NCBI GenBank assembly: GCA_020536535.1
Contig: JAHLWZ010000864.1
Span: forward strand, 1-64,000
Source: Pelomyxa schiedti
Lineage: Eukaryota > Protista > Evosea
Reading direction: 5' to 3'
Length of the DNA: 64,000 nt
Position numbers and translations under genes: made by a program. Positions 1 to 16,090 of the stretch are shown here, piece after piece (the first letter of the stretch is position 1; each line of letters begins with the position of its first letter). The notes beneath the pieces are model-generated. The model was not told the origin of the DNA, did not search any database, and saw only the letters and a program-made list of their open reading frames with translations.

Positions 1-110
1 GACAAGGGAGGCGCAGCAATTGCACTCGCCGAAGCGGTGGCAAGAAGGAACATCGCGTGGTGCTTGTGAATTTGTTGCATTTCTCCAGTGGCTGTGCAGT
101 TTGCGTTCAT
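1..110 (-). CDS. Possible 5' end of a gene running off the window (hypothetical)
   Basis: ATG at 110 opens a frame MNANCTATGEMQQIHKHHAMFLLATASASAIAAPPL... that stays open to the window edge. No recognisable motif. Confidence 0.25.
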   Translation of the reverse strand, partial: MNANCTATGEMQQIHKHHAMFLLATASASAIAAPPL

Positions 111-403
111 GGCAAAAACAGATCTGACCCTGGCTCGTTGCGTTCTCGTATCATTTTTTTTTTGTTTATTGTGTGTTTCGTAACGAAAGTTTGAAGGTTT
201 TGCTTTTTTTAAAAGATACAAGATGCCGTAGGCACAACTGACAACTCAGCACACTGATGGTCACTTGTCCGTGGTGGAGCAACCACAAACCACCGCGGAA
301 TCCCATAATAGAGCTGTTGTTGTTGGTGCAATAGGAAAAACAAACGCAAAAACAAACACAATCACCAAAAGAACAACCCTTTTTCCCCTCCCACCCCAAT
401 CTA

Positions 404-545
404 ATTCCCCAATGTAGTCCATTTGATACCAGCAGATCCATCTACCAGAGGCTCATGAATCTTGCAAGGTCAAAGATGCCTTCCTGAGATTCATCAGCCT
501 CTGGTAGATGGATCTGCTGGTATCAAATGGACCCTGTGGGGGAAT
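404..545. repeat. Long inverted repeat / hairpin 1
   Basis: 417-462 pairs with 487-532 (46 bp, one C/C mismatch at 454/495) around a 24-nt loop. An outer stem attcccc (404-410) pairs with ggggaat (539-545). Confidence 0.95.
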
Positions 546-1073
546 GTTGTTATGGGAGCATCAGCCTTGCCTCGTCATGTGATTGAGGGTACTGGAGGCA
601 GCATCTTCGATGGTTGCATTGTGGTGACAAGGCTTTTTTGTTGTGATATCGGTTGTGATTGGCAATCACACTAGGGGCTGAGGGGATTGGTCATTGGGAG
701 TTTCCCTTGTTTTTGTTTTCTTCAATTTCCCCTTCCGAGATTTCGAGGAACGTGCCACGTTGGGATCGGGACTCTTGCCTCCGAATCCAACACAAGGCAG
801 CGCAGTGATTGTGCGCGCGGCACGTGGCGACCCATAACTACTAATTCCGGTGCTGGACGATTGAAGGGGTGTTGAGAAACAGACAACTAAGATAAGTTTG
901 ATCTCTCTTATGATCATAAGAGCCTTTGAACTTGACCTCGTAGAGCGTTCCTTCAGTACGAGCTTGTGTGCAACAATTTCCTCAATTTCCTCAATTTGCT
1001 TGTTGTTGACACTTTCCTTGTGGTCCTTTGTCTTCGGCAATAGCGGAGCCTTTGCCGGGTCAACCATAGAATT

Positions 1074-1775
1074 CTATGGTGTTAGACCAGTAGTTGTACT
1101 CGGTGTTGTATTGTGTGCATAGACAATTGCAGGTATTAGCGAATCCCAATCACCCGCTTTCTTCAGAGCTCTTCGTAGATTGCTGTTGACTTGCTCAACT
1201 CTTCCAATAGTATGTGGGTGATAAGGCGCATTGACATTGTGCACAGTATTCATAAATCCATGTAGTTCTTTGATTATTTCTGCTGTGCTTCTAACGGTTC
1301 CGTCAGTCATCACGATCTGAGAATGATCGGAGTAAAACAATTTCCCAATGCTGTAGGCTTCTTCCCAAACGGTCCAGCATGGTCCCACTGTATACTGTGA
1401 AATATTCTTGGTGCATACATATATCCTGGAGTAGAATGTGATACTGGTTGCTGCAACACATTGCACATTTGCTCCAGACAACTTCGGACTTGCTTATGTA
1501 TGCCACTTACAAGGACTTCACGGAAACTATCTATCCGGTTCCAGAGAATATGTGATATCTTTGCTCATGTGGAACAACAACAGTGACTTGAAACTGTCTC
1601 GCTTCCTATCTTTATGTACATGTTTCAACAAATTATCTTCCATGAAATACCAAGGTAGCTTCCACAGAATATCTTCTGAGGGTTTAACTTTACCTTGCAG
1701 ATAATCAATAATGACTTTCAGTTCAGGGTCCTTCTCTTGCATGCCTTTCATACTTGCGTCATCGAAAATCTGCAC
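1074..1775 (-). pseudogene. Integrase, broken, with internal deletions
   Basis: Core motifs FHSIQWDHAGPF, IVMTDGT and YHPHTIGRVEQVN lie in different frames. The HHCC zinc domain and the segment between the first and second catalytic Asp appear largely deleted. Confidence 0.85.
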
Positions 1776-2443
1776 GCAAATATCATGGGATCCTTCACTG
1801 CCTCATCTTCAGTGACTGAATCAGAATTCTCCGAGTTCGTTGGTGCTCGTGAAAGTGCATCGGGAACTACGTTTGTATTCCCCTTTATGTATACGACTTT
1901 CGTAGGTAAGCAACTTTGTAGAGTAATATACCATCTCCATACTCTACTGTTAGGCGGACATGTATCGTTTAACCTTACCAATGCTGCATGATCACAATAA
2001 AGTATCCATGGGTGATTTTCCAGGTATTCTTTGAATCGAACAATTCCACAAACACAGCTAATGCTTCCAATTCCGTAATAGGGTAATTCTGTTCGTATTT
2101 CTTTAGCTTTCCAGCATCCAATGATTCTGTATTCTTTGCTCTTTGGAACTCCCTGCGACAATATAGCAGCGATTCCAGCTTTGGATGCGCCAGTTTCTAA
2201 GTTAAATAGCAAATTCCAGTTTGGGTGTCCTAACATCGATTCTTTGCACAGAGTTTGCTTCAAATCGTTGAATACAATTCTTTCTTTTCTGCCCCATTTC
2301 CAATCTCCAGACATTCTCTTGACCAGAGTATTGGCTCTGATGGCGTAGTCTTTGATGAACATTCTGTGGTATCCAGTCATACCAAGAAATCTTCGTAACT
2401 CATCAGCGTTTCTAGGTTCAGGGTAGTCACGGATTGCGTACAT
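1748..2443 (-). pseudogene. RT connection and RNase H domain
   Basis: LRRFLGMTGYHRMFIKDYA, FNLETGASKAGIAAILSQ, YCDHAALVRL and NVVPDALSR match RT_RNaseH motifs (DAS to GAS). Confidence 0.9.
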
Positions 2444-3110
2444 TTTCTCGGGATCTGGTTGTATTCGTCTTGACTAATAATGTGTCCAAGGAAATTAATT
2501 TTATCAAGACAAAATTCGCACTTCGAAGGTTTCAACCTCACTCCAGCTTCATACAAACATTCAAATACTTCTTCCAGATGTTTCACATGATCCTCGAATG
2601 TATGTGAAAATATGATGATGTCATCAATGTAAGCTAAAACGCTAAAACATATTGCTTTCCAGAAAATACTTGTGACATTCCTCGTTGGTAAGTTGGGCCA
2701 GCATTTACCAAACCAAATGGCATTCTTACCATCTCCAGGTGCCCTAATGCACAACTGAAAGCAGTTTTAAGTATGTCTTCCTCTTTCATTTTCACTTGTC
2801 AATAGCCACTGAATGCGTCTAGCTTTGACCAAAATCTGTTCTCTCCTAGCAGATGCGTTGTACTCATGATATCGGGCATAGGAAATCCATCCTTGACAGT
2901 GATTGTGTTGAGGCGCCGATAATCAACACAAAATCGAATTGAACGTCTTTCTTCACAAGAACGACAGGTGCTGAGTATGGACTATTGCTTTATCTAGCCA
3001 CACCCGCATCAAGTAATTTCTGTGCTTCTTCTGTCTCCTTCTCACCCTTCTCAGGATTCACTGTGTCTCTTCACATTGATGGGTACATCGTATGTCAACT
3101 TGATCTCGTG
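2400..3110 (-). pseudogene. Reverse transcriptase, broken
   Basis: Manual translation across frameshifts gives SNSPYSAPVVLVKK, RFCVDYRRLNTITVKDGFPMP, SKLDAFSGY*QVKM, RMPFGLVNAGPTYQR, VLAYIDDIIIFS (YIDD) and KCEFCLDKINFLGHII. It contains TAA and TGA stops. Confidence 0.93.
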
Positions 3111-4144
3111 TTCAACTCCCTTAATTTCTCTGAATTCTTGCTGTTACCGCGAAAACTTTGCGATAAGCCATTGAGGAGTTTCAACAGCTTATGTCTCTGA
3201 TGCTCATCCAAATGTGATCCGATCTTCCAATCGTTTATCGGTTCTCTAGGTACTGTATTTTCACCTTTCTTGTTAATGTTAATCTCATAAACCGCAAGTG
3301 ATCCTACTCGTTTCCAGCTTCCATTACCTCTTGGCTGGGATTTCCACTTGAGGGCCACATCCTTAGCACTTCCAACCTGTGCTATCCCTTGTACAGTCGA
3401 ATAGGAGCTTCCCTTGTTAGCAACTTCGATTGCAAAACTTCTAGTCTCCGGTATGGTATACAGAGCAGATTGTGCACATATACCATGTATGATTCCTTCT
3501 TTACACTTCTCAACAAGTAATAATTCTCCAGGATGTAATCCGACTGGTAGATTGACTTCAATCTTCATAGTAGTCCAGCCTGGGATTGTCAAATCGTTGG
3601 CCGATACTATCCTCTTGGTGGTTCTATTCTTCGTGAGTAAATGTACTTTCTTTCCACCTTGCCATCTAAACGAATTACAAGAATGCAAGATGTCTCCTTT
3701 GTATGTTGTAGTGGCATCACAGCCCAGTAAAACTATATCCTTCAGTCCTCTGGTCACTGTAAAAGTTACAATGTACCTTGCATTTCCGATTTCTACCGGA
3801 GAATCGATTCGTTCCCAGAATTCCAGTAATGTGTCATTGATAGCTTCAGCTTTTGCAATACTAGGCATTTGGGTGACTTGCTTCTCAGGTGCAATTCTTT
3901 CCAATGCATCTTCACTAATAACAGAAATAGTAGAGCATGAATCAATCATGATAGTGATGGGCTTATCATTGACTTTTCCCCTCAAAGTGGACAACCAAGT
4001 GCCCAACTTACTACCAAATGCGTGCGTGCTTGCCTTGGCGTCAGAGTTGGCAGCTGTAGATGGAGGAATTGTCTCCACAGTTACGTAGGCTACAAGTTTT
4101 GGCGGAACCTGTGCCGCTACCTGACTAGCTACCAGAGCTTTCAT
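3095..4144 (-). pseudogene. Retroelement aspartic protease region of pol
   Basis: GKVNDKPITIMIDSCSTISVISE (D-S-C at the D-S/T-G site) and DIVLLGCD (ILGxD flap motif). The frame is lost near 3100. Confidence 0.85.
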
Positions 4145-4700
4145 TCACGTCGGTTTGCTCTTCTTCATCGTTATCTCCTAATCCATATACTCTAGGCTTA
4201 GTACAATCGCTCCACTTGTGACCATATCCTCCACAGTTATGACATTTGATGTGACCATTTCCAAAATGAGATGTCTTCGACGATGAATCAAATGTGGTGT
4301 GCTTGGTTCGTGGATAGTGGCGACTTCCTGATGTGCTAGCGCTAGTTGGGGTACTAGTAGTTGAGGGAGAATGGTGAGATGTGCTTCCAGATGACTGATT
4401 TGAACGGTGTTCGTTATGGCGATTGTTCTGATGGTAAATATCCCTGATCATTGTATGTCGTGTGAATCCCAACCTGTTGTAGTGTCTGGATGTCACTGCC
4501 GTGAGGTAATACTTCCCATACAATGCATTTACGAACATCTTCACTTTCGTATCTTCATCCAGTGGAGCTCTCAATCTTGCCACTTCTTTCTGAAATTTAC
4601 TTCCAAAGTCTACAATCTTTGTCTCTTATTCCCCAGGTGTTTCCGAAAACTCCACCATACAACGTTCGTAATAACGACTTTGCTTTTCCTTCACAAGACC
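4125..4700 (-). pseudogene. gag remnant with CCHC zinc knuckle
   Basis: CHNCGGYGHKWSDC knuckle. The upstream frame ...FSETPGE*ETKIVDFGSKFQKEVARLRAPLDEDTKVKMFVNAL resembles a retrotransposon gag core. There is an in-frame TAA, and the N-terminus is missing. Confidence 0.85.
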
Positions 4701-4907
4701 AAAAAAACTCAAACGCAACAAGACTTAATCGACACTGCCAATTCGGCAACCGCAGCAAGCCATTTTTGGAGTCCAGTCGCGCAGTTGTCCAACGGGGGAG
4801 TATAAAAGCCGAAAAGAAACAGAATGGCCATTTTTTTTAAAAAAAAAACAACACTCAAACCAAACAAGAGCGTCAAATCTTTATGTACCTGTCGTACATC
4901 TACGTGT

Positions 4908-5066
4908 TCGAGGCACAAGGTTAACGGTTTGCGACTAAGCGCAAAAAGTGGGGCTGTTCTACCCAAGCGCCGTATTATTGTGCGATGTCCACCCTATAAT
5001 ACGGCGCTTGGGTAGAACAGCCCCACTTTTTGCGCTTAGTCGCAAACCGTTAACCTTGTGCCTCGA
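4908..5066. repeat. Perfect long inverted repeat / hairpin 2
   Basis: 4908-4978 is the exact reverse complement of 4996-5066 (71 bp, no mismatch). The 17-nt loop is tgtgcgatgtccaccct. Confidence 0.97.
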
Positions 5067-5168
5067 GCCCTTTTTTGGTTTTCTTTTTTCTCCTCCCTTG
5101 TTCCGTATGTCGGTGTCGCAGCGTTGTCGCTGTCGCTGTCGTCGTCGTTGGCTGCCTCACATTTTTCT

Positions 5169-7458
5169 TTAATTATTTCTTGTTAGGCTTGGGAAAGATG
5201 AGTCAACCGAAGAGGTGCATGTAGTCACGGAATACGCCATCCTAGGTCCTCGGGTGGACACGGCGACAGCTGCAAGATCACGAACATAAACTTTGTTCTG
5301 GCCTTCTTGGGACATCCCAATAAGGCCAGAACAAAGTTTATGTTTGTGATCTTGCATGAGTTGGTTTGGTTCTAACTTGTTTAAAAAGCATGCCCATTCT
5401 GAATCCAACTCAAAGAAGCACTACCATTGAGAGCCACAACCCAAAATGATTGCCCCCACACTATTGATACTATCAAAAATTTCAATTAGTCCATTCCAAT
5501 TCCTTCCCACTCTTCAAACAACACTGTCGTTTTATTCTAGCACGTTAGGGTCGACGGCTTTGCCTTCCTTGAGTGGGATAATGATGTGAGATGCATTTCG
5601 AGCTTGTGTGACCATCGTTTTCACCAAGTGTCTGAGGTTGGACACACCGTGGAAGGTATGTACCTGTGTGGTTGTGAATTGTGGGAGAATGTGCGAAAAA
5701 ATGAAAGTCAGGTCAGACCTTTCCATCATCCAGCGAGATTTGGAAGGAAGCTTTTCCCGGTATTAGTCTCAATTTCACCTTTTTTCTCCCTTAATGATGT
5801 AACAGCATGTTTCTACGTACTTGGTTTACAGACAAAATTGCCTTTAGAGGGCATGTGATATGACTTCCACCAGTAATTAATGCTTCAAAGCATAAATAAC
5901 CTGGTGTGAAACATGTTAATACTGGATTGTTAAGGAAGGCTTACTTTGACTGAGGTATAAATATCCGGGATTCATTCCATAGGAACAAGAAAAATCTGAA
6001 TGTTCTCAGTACACAACTGAAAAGCAGGAAATTACAATCAATAAGTAGCTCGGTTGCTGGAAGGTCCGGGAACCGGTCGTGAAAATCCTTAGTGTTTTAG
6101 TGTCCAGATTTTGGCCGGAAACTCTTACTTTATCTCTTGATAGGTCTTTTTTTGACCTTGTACTCTGAACCATAGTTTGTGTCTCTTCAAGCTTAGTTCG
6201 AAGAGAAGAGACTTCGGTGTGGAATTGGGCATTTTGTTGCATGAGGGCAGTTATAGTGGTTTGTGCAGTGCCGAGTTCTTCAGCCAACCGCTGCTGTTGT
6301 TCATGCGATGATGCAAGCTGTTTCTCTAAAGCTCCACGGTCGGCTTCCATACCCTGCAACCCTGGGGAGTGTCAAGTGGCATTGGAAATTTCATAACAAT
6401 ACGTGTTTCAAGTTGTCGTTTTGGTTCTATATCAACTTTGAGTCGCTCCAATTCGTTCTGCGAAGCACTCAACTGCTGCTTTGTTGATTCAAGTATGGCT
6501 CTGGATGCATTGAGGCCGGCGGTGGCCTCATCTAAGAGCACCTGCTTTGCACCAAGACTGGAGTGAATGCCTTGAATTTGTTGTTCACATGACACATATC
6601 GCGAATTGAGAGGGTTAAGGTTCATTTCGTATTCTGCGCGCATGCGTTGAAGTGATTGTTCCAGTTCTTGGGATCTCAGTTGGACTTGTTTTATGTCTTC
6701 AGTGCTCTGACTGCTTGAATCGGCTTGTGTGATGTTCGTTGTGCTGGGATTGCATTGGAGAGCTCCGAGCACCTCAGCAGGTGTGGAGATATTACTTAGC
6801 GGAGTTGGTGGTGGTGTGAGACTCAATGGGGGAGTTGTTTGGCATGAAGGAGTTGGTGGTTGAGGGGGTGAAACTGGTGGTGTGCCAAACTCCGGTAATG
6901 GACCATTTCTTGGAATTGATGAATCGCTCAGATTAGGTGTGGGTATCCGGGAAATAAGAGCTTCAGAACCCAGGTGCGGAGGTGTTGGTGTGGTTGGGAG
7001 GGCTGAAGAAGTCATAGATGGTGCTTGATTGGAAGAACGATAGCGCTGCAGTAGAAAAAGTTTGTTTCTGGAATCCTGCAAACTAAAAAGTGTGATATGG
7101 GTTTACCTCGAGAGTTGCATTGAGGTCTCTTATGTGCCTTTTATTTTTGGCGTTATTTGCTCTCTCCTGTTCTAAATCAAACTTGATTTTGTCAACCTCA
7201 GCAGAAAGTTTTTGTTTGTCTGCAAAACCACCAATTAACAGTTATTCTAGAAAGCATTACTTACTCACTCAGAATGAGTTCCTTAATATCCGTGGGTACA
7301 TTAGCATTAGGTTGTGATTCCTTCAACAGCTTCACTTGCATCTTTGAAAACAATTGTTAATCCCTCACCACCACTTTCAGAGGGAAACAAACCCTTAGTG
7401 CGTCAATCTCAGCATTTTTGTCAGTCAGTTCATCCCTCAGTCTTCCACCCCCAGACAT
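5169..7458 (-). CDS. Multi-exon coiled-coil + GRAM-domain protein, possibly with a C-terminal VASt-like region
   Basis: ATG at 7458 (MSGGRLRDELTDKNAEIDALR) and GT-AG introns that restore frame. Long coiled-coil and Pro-rich exons. Spliced ELLIDYFSCSYGMNPGYLYLSQ...YLCFEALITGGSHITCPLKAILSV matches the GRAM pattern. The VASt call is tentative. Confidence 0.7.
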
Positions 7459-7673
7459 CACCGCGAAAGTGCTAACACTACAGTTGAAATTGATCGAGGG
7501 AGTTATGATCACTGATGCTCATCAGTTCTCAGACTTTGCTTTTCTCCCTCCACAGGTTTCAAATGGGGCCCAGCCACGTCCAACAGGCCACGTGGCCCCC
7601 AACTTGGTCTCCGACGCTTCAAGAGGCGCACACAGAAAAAAAAAAAACCAAGGAAAATACAGAATCACAAGAG

Positions 7674-9500
7674 ATGCAAGCTTGGGACCAAAGAAACGGC
7701 GTAGCGTATCACGAGGTTCGGCTACCACGTGAAATCCACTTTTTTTTTAACAAGCATGTTCATAAGGTAGTGCGCGGCGACGACGGCGTTACGCGCCTGC
7801 GGCCCTGGTCATCGTCCTTTGCAGTTGACAAACCCGCAGCCGCAGCGGCCAGCTCCAACAAAGGCAGCCGCAACGGAGAAACCAGCATTGTGGGACCGTG
7901 CGCGGCGGCGGCGTGGGCGGCGTGGGCGTGGGTTGTGCGGGGCCTCTCGTCGGTGTTCCTGCCGGCTGGGTACCCTCGGTCGGTGAGCGGGGACTACATG
8001 GCGTACCAGAAGTGGGACACGCTGCAGGCGCTGTGCTCGTCGCTGTCGGGGCTGCTGGCCACCAAGGCGGTGCTCACGGGGGTGGGCGTGGGCAACGCGG
8101 AGGCCACCCCCGCCGCGGCTACTGTGCAGTGGATTGTGCGAGGCATGTACCTACCTTCCCCCCTATTTGGGCATTATGGGTGTTGTTGTACGTATTATTA
8201 TTTGTTTGTATTTATCCTCTGGAGGTTGTAGTCCCCAGAGGATTCTTTCATTGGTAAATATGTAAGGAAATGAGAATGGGGAGGAAAAGGGGGAGTTGAT
8301 TGGTTTTTTCATTTACGTCTGACTCTTTTTGTGTGAAGATATGTCTGGGATGGTGAGCAGGATTGTATTTGCTTGGATGAAGGGAACGGCGTTGGATACC
8401 AATGCAAAGTCTTGGCGGTTTGTTTTTCATCACAACATAGTTCTTCTTTACCCACCAAACTCCAATTCACTTTTAGCTTTGTAGCAGATATATTAAATGA
8501 CATGGCTATGATGGTCGAACTCCTTTCTCCTCTTATGCCCTCTATTTTTCTTCCCCTTACGTGCTTTGCCTGTGTTATGCGTGCCATCGTTGGAGTCGCA
8601 GGAGGTGCCACAAGATCAGCTGTTACTATGCATCAGGTATTCATCACGTGTCTACTGTGTACACTTACCCTTATAGGCAAGAAGAGGCAATCTTGGTGAT
8701 GTATGTGCAAAAGATGCAAGCCAAGAAACTGCAGTCAATTTGATTGGTTTCCTTCCTCTTATTTAATAGCTTTCTTACATTAAAAAGGTCTCGCATTAGG
8801 AGTGCCTCTTATTCGATTCGTTGAGGATAAAATGATTGCAACGTGGCTAATCTTTCTTTGCCTTACATTTTTGCACCTGCTGTTCAACTATTGCGCTGTG
8901 AAGTCCATTGTCATGGATACACTCAACGAGCAACGTGCGTCAATCCTCATCCAGCACTTTCTTGAAACAGGTTTTGTTCCCACCATTTCTGTTTTCATTC
9001 ACTGATCTGGTATTTCCGCAGGAGATGTACTGACTCCCAAGGCCGTAGCTGAAAAAGAGAGAATACTTGACTTGGCTTCATTCTACCCAAGTGTTGTCAT
9101 TGGAGTATCCCTATCTGAACTGTGCCCTACTGGTGATCATCAGCTCTCGGTTTTACTGCACAAAGGTGCCGCACAGGGCTACATGGCGAACTTGAGCACT
9201 CTCAAGTGGGGATTTGGATTCTTCAAGTACCCAGTTGTTGTCCTTGCATTGTGTGATGGGGCCGGAGGAGACCAGCTTCTTCGCGGTATGTTCCATGCAC
9301 ACTGTGTGCCTCTATCTCTGCGGAGGGGACTGAATGGCTGGTCTGCTATTGTGACTGCACATGATACTACTCAAGAGAAGTACCAGTCATTCATGGAAGG
9401 AATGAAGTCCTCAGGCTGGAAGCAGCCCTGCCCTCTGCTTGAAACGGTGGTGGAATCCGTTCAGTGGAGAGTTCATTATGGGAAAAACAAAATGGATTGA
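7674..9500 (+). CDS. RUSF1: RUS1 / DUF647 family protein
   Basis: VFLPAGYPRSVSGDYMAYQKWDTLQALCSSLSGLLATKAVLTGVGVG, FAWMKGTALDTNAKSWR, ADILNDMAM and GVAGGATRSAVTMHQ are RUS1 motifs. Multi-exon; the start codon is uncertain (7674 preferred). Confidence 0.92.
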
Positions 9501-9706
9501 TTGATTGACACCCCGCCTGGAAAGATGTCATGTTAAATTGTTTTATTTTAAAAAAGAAAGAGCAACCTTGTTTTATGAACCAAAACTAAAATGCCAAAAT
9601 GGAGGCAGTAAGTGCCTGCGGGGCAGATCTTGCATAACAAGGCACATAATTCATATTTGACAAAAAAACAAACAACAGACGCTGTGCACCTCATTCTCTT
9701 GACCGC

Positions 9707-11185
9707 GTGATGCATCCAATCAGTGCCGCATTAAAATCCTCTCTTGGCGGGAGTCAATGTTCATCTCCAACAGTTCCACCGTTTCCAGCAACACCGGCAG
9801 TGATACCAAGCAACCTCGTATCTGTGCAGCGGTGTGTAGAGAAGGTCAAGGATCTGTCAGAGCGTTGTTGTCAGCAATTCACCACCCAAGGGATCGATAT
9901 CTGTCGTGCGAGATCGGACTTTGACCGTCTTGTGAGGGAGCACTCTGAGCAAAATGTTACAAAACTCGATGTGCAGAAGAAAGTGGAAAAGCTACAAGCC
10001 AACTTGGCGTCTCAGTCATCCAAGCTCTCTCAGATGTGTGGATACATTGTGTGCCCAACAACTCCGGTTCCGCAAGGTCCATGCACAAGTTCAGCAGGTT
10101 CTTTGTCCACCAGTTCCGCATCCAGCTCCTCCGAATCTAGTAGGACTCCCCTTCAAATCCCCAAAGGAGTGCTCTCTGACAATTTGGAAGTACTTGATGG
10201 TGCTGAGAGATGCCTGTCTTGTGCGGTGGATAGTTTGAGGAATGAGATGGCATACCGCACACTGTCAAAGAGGGGTGCCAAGTCCCCAGTCCCGGTTAAA
10301 TCACCGCCACCGCCACAACAACAAACTGCCCATAGAGTAATAGGAATAAAGCCAAAAAAAGCAAGCAGTTCCAGTTCCAGTGAGAAGCGCAAAATTCATC
10401 TAATATACAAGAGTAGCTCATCTAGCTCCAGCAGTGATGAGAGACCTCCGAGACCAAACACGAGGAAAAGTACACCACAGAAAATACACCACCCCTTCAG
10501 CTCCAAAGAAGGCACCTCCACCTCATCGACATCCAAGGCGCCAATGTCTACTCAAGGTGGAAAAGGAATCCTTCATCCCTCCACAAGCCCGGCTCCTACT
10601 GCCACCGCAGAGACACAATCACCAAGTCCCGAGATGTTACTTGGTACGTGTGACCTCCTTCTCTCCACCGCAACGGAACTGCCAGTTCTATGTGCTAGCC
10701 TCAAGGCAACCGCTGAGCAATTGATTGAAGAACAGCGGCAACTGGTGCACAGCGGAGCGGAGAAAATTGGTGCCATAGATGCGCTCAAGAGTGACGTGGA
10801 GCAGCTTGAAAAGCTAGAGCAATCCCTTGACTCTGAACTGAAGTGGACAACACTTCGCCTGTCTCTGCTCACTGTGCCAACGTCACAGCATTCCGATATC
10901 CTGGCAGTATTATCCGACTTGGACCTTTGTAACTTGACAGCGGACTTCCAATCAACTCTCCGCAAAGTGCAGTTAGGCCAAGCCAAGGTGATGCTGTGCC
11001 GCGAATCAACTCCGTCAGTGGTGGCAGATGGTCCCAGCAACAAGTGCCTTGTATGTTGGGAGCGGCCTAAGCAAGTATTTCTTGACCCCTGCGGCCACAC
11101 GCTGTGCCAAATGTGCTCAGGCATCTTGAAAATATGCCCTGCCTGCCGCGCCCCCATTGAGAGGTGTCAACCACTGTTCCTCTGA
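9707..11185 (+). CDS. Intronless protein with C-terminal RING-HC (C3HC4) finger, putative E3 ligase
   Basis: 492-aa ORF with a Ser/Pro-rich centre and coiled coil, ending CLVCWERPKQVFLDPCGHTLCQMCSGILKICPACRAPIE. Confidence 0.85.
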   Translation: MMHPISAALKSSLGGSQCSSPTVPPFPATPAVIPSNLVSVQRCVEKVKDLSERCCQQFTTQGIDICRARSDFDRLVREHSEQNVTKLDVQKKVEKLQANLASQSSKLSQMCGYIVCPTTPVPQGPCTSSAGSLSTSSASSSSESSRTPLQIPKGVLSDNLEVLDGAERCLSCAVDSLRNEMAYRTLSKRGAKSPVPVKSPPPPQQQTAHRVIGIKPKKASSSSSSEKRKIHLIYKSSSSSSSSDERPPRPNTRKSTPQKIHHPFSSKEGTSTSSTSKAPMSTQGGKGILHPSTSPAPTATAETQSPSPEMLLGTCDLLLSTATELPVLCASLKATAEQLIEEQRQLVHSGAEKIGAIDALKSDVEQLEKLEQSLDSELKWTTLRLSLLTVPTSQHSDILAVLSDLDLCNLTADFQSTLRKVQLGQAKVMLCRESTPSVVADGPSNKCLVCWERPKQVFLDPCGHTLCQMCSGILKICPACRAPIERCQPLFL

Positions 11186-11309
11186 TTAGCATGCCGATAC
11201 TTGTGTTCTGTTCTGAACCCCGTTCGAGTAACAAAAAATATTTTGAACATTTCCTGTAATAACACCTCTAATATCAATGGAAGTCGAAATTGAAGTTCAT
11301 CCAACAACA

Positions 11310-16090
<4,781 letters not shown>

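Larger units (their letters stand above)
666..4700 (-). mobile_element. Degenerate Ty3/gypsy (Metaviridae-type) retrotransposon, 5'-truncated, no LTR detected
   Basis: Domain order gag - protease - RT - RNase H - integrase on the minus strand is diagnostic of Ty3/gypsy. Multiple in-frame stops, frameshifts and internal deletions are present. No direct repeat was found between the flanks. Confidence 0.93.

Noticed and set aside
377-397. Polypurine-tract-like run on the minus strand (ggggtgggaggggaaaaaggg) followed by TG
   Set aside because: No matching LTR copy was found upstream of gag, so it cannot be supported as a PPT/LTR boundary.
2780-2810. TGA at a conserved Trp (SGY*Q) in RT, suggesting an alternative genetic code
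   Set aside because: Host genes here end in TGA, and the element also has TAA stops and frameshifts; it is simple decay.
3414-4088. 224-aa plus-strand ORF
   Set aside because: Antisense shadow of the protease ORF with no motifs.
4722-4740. Possible primer-binding site (minus strand tggcagtgtcgattaagtc)
   Set aside because: No preceding LTR end (CA), no tRNA 3' end I can match, and gag is truncated right beside it.
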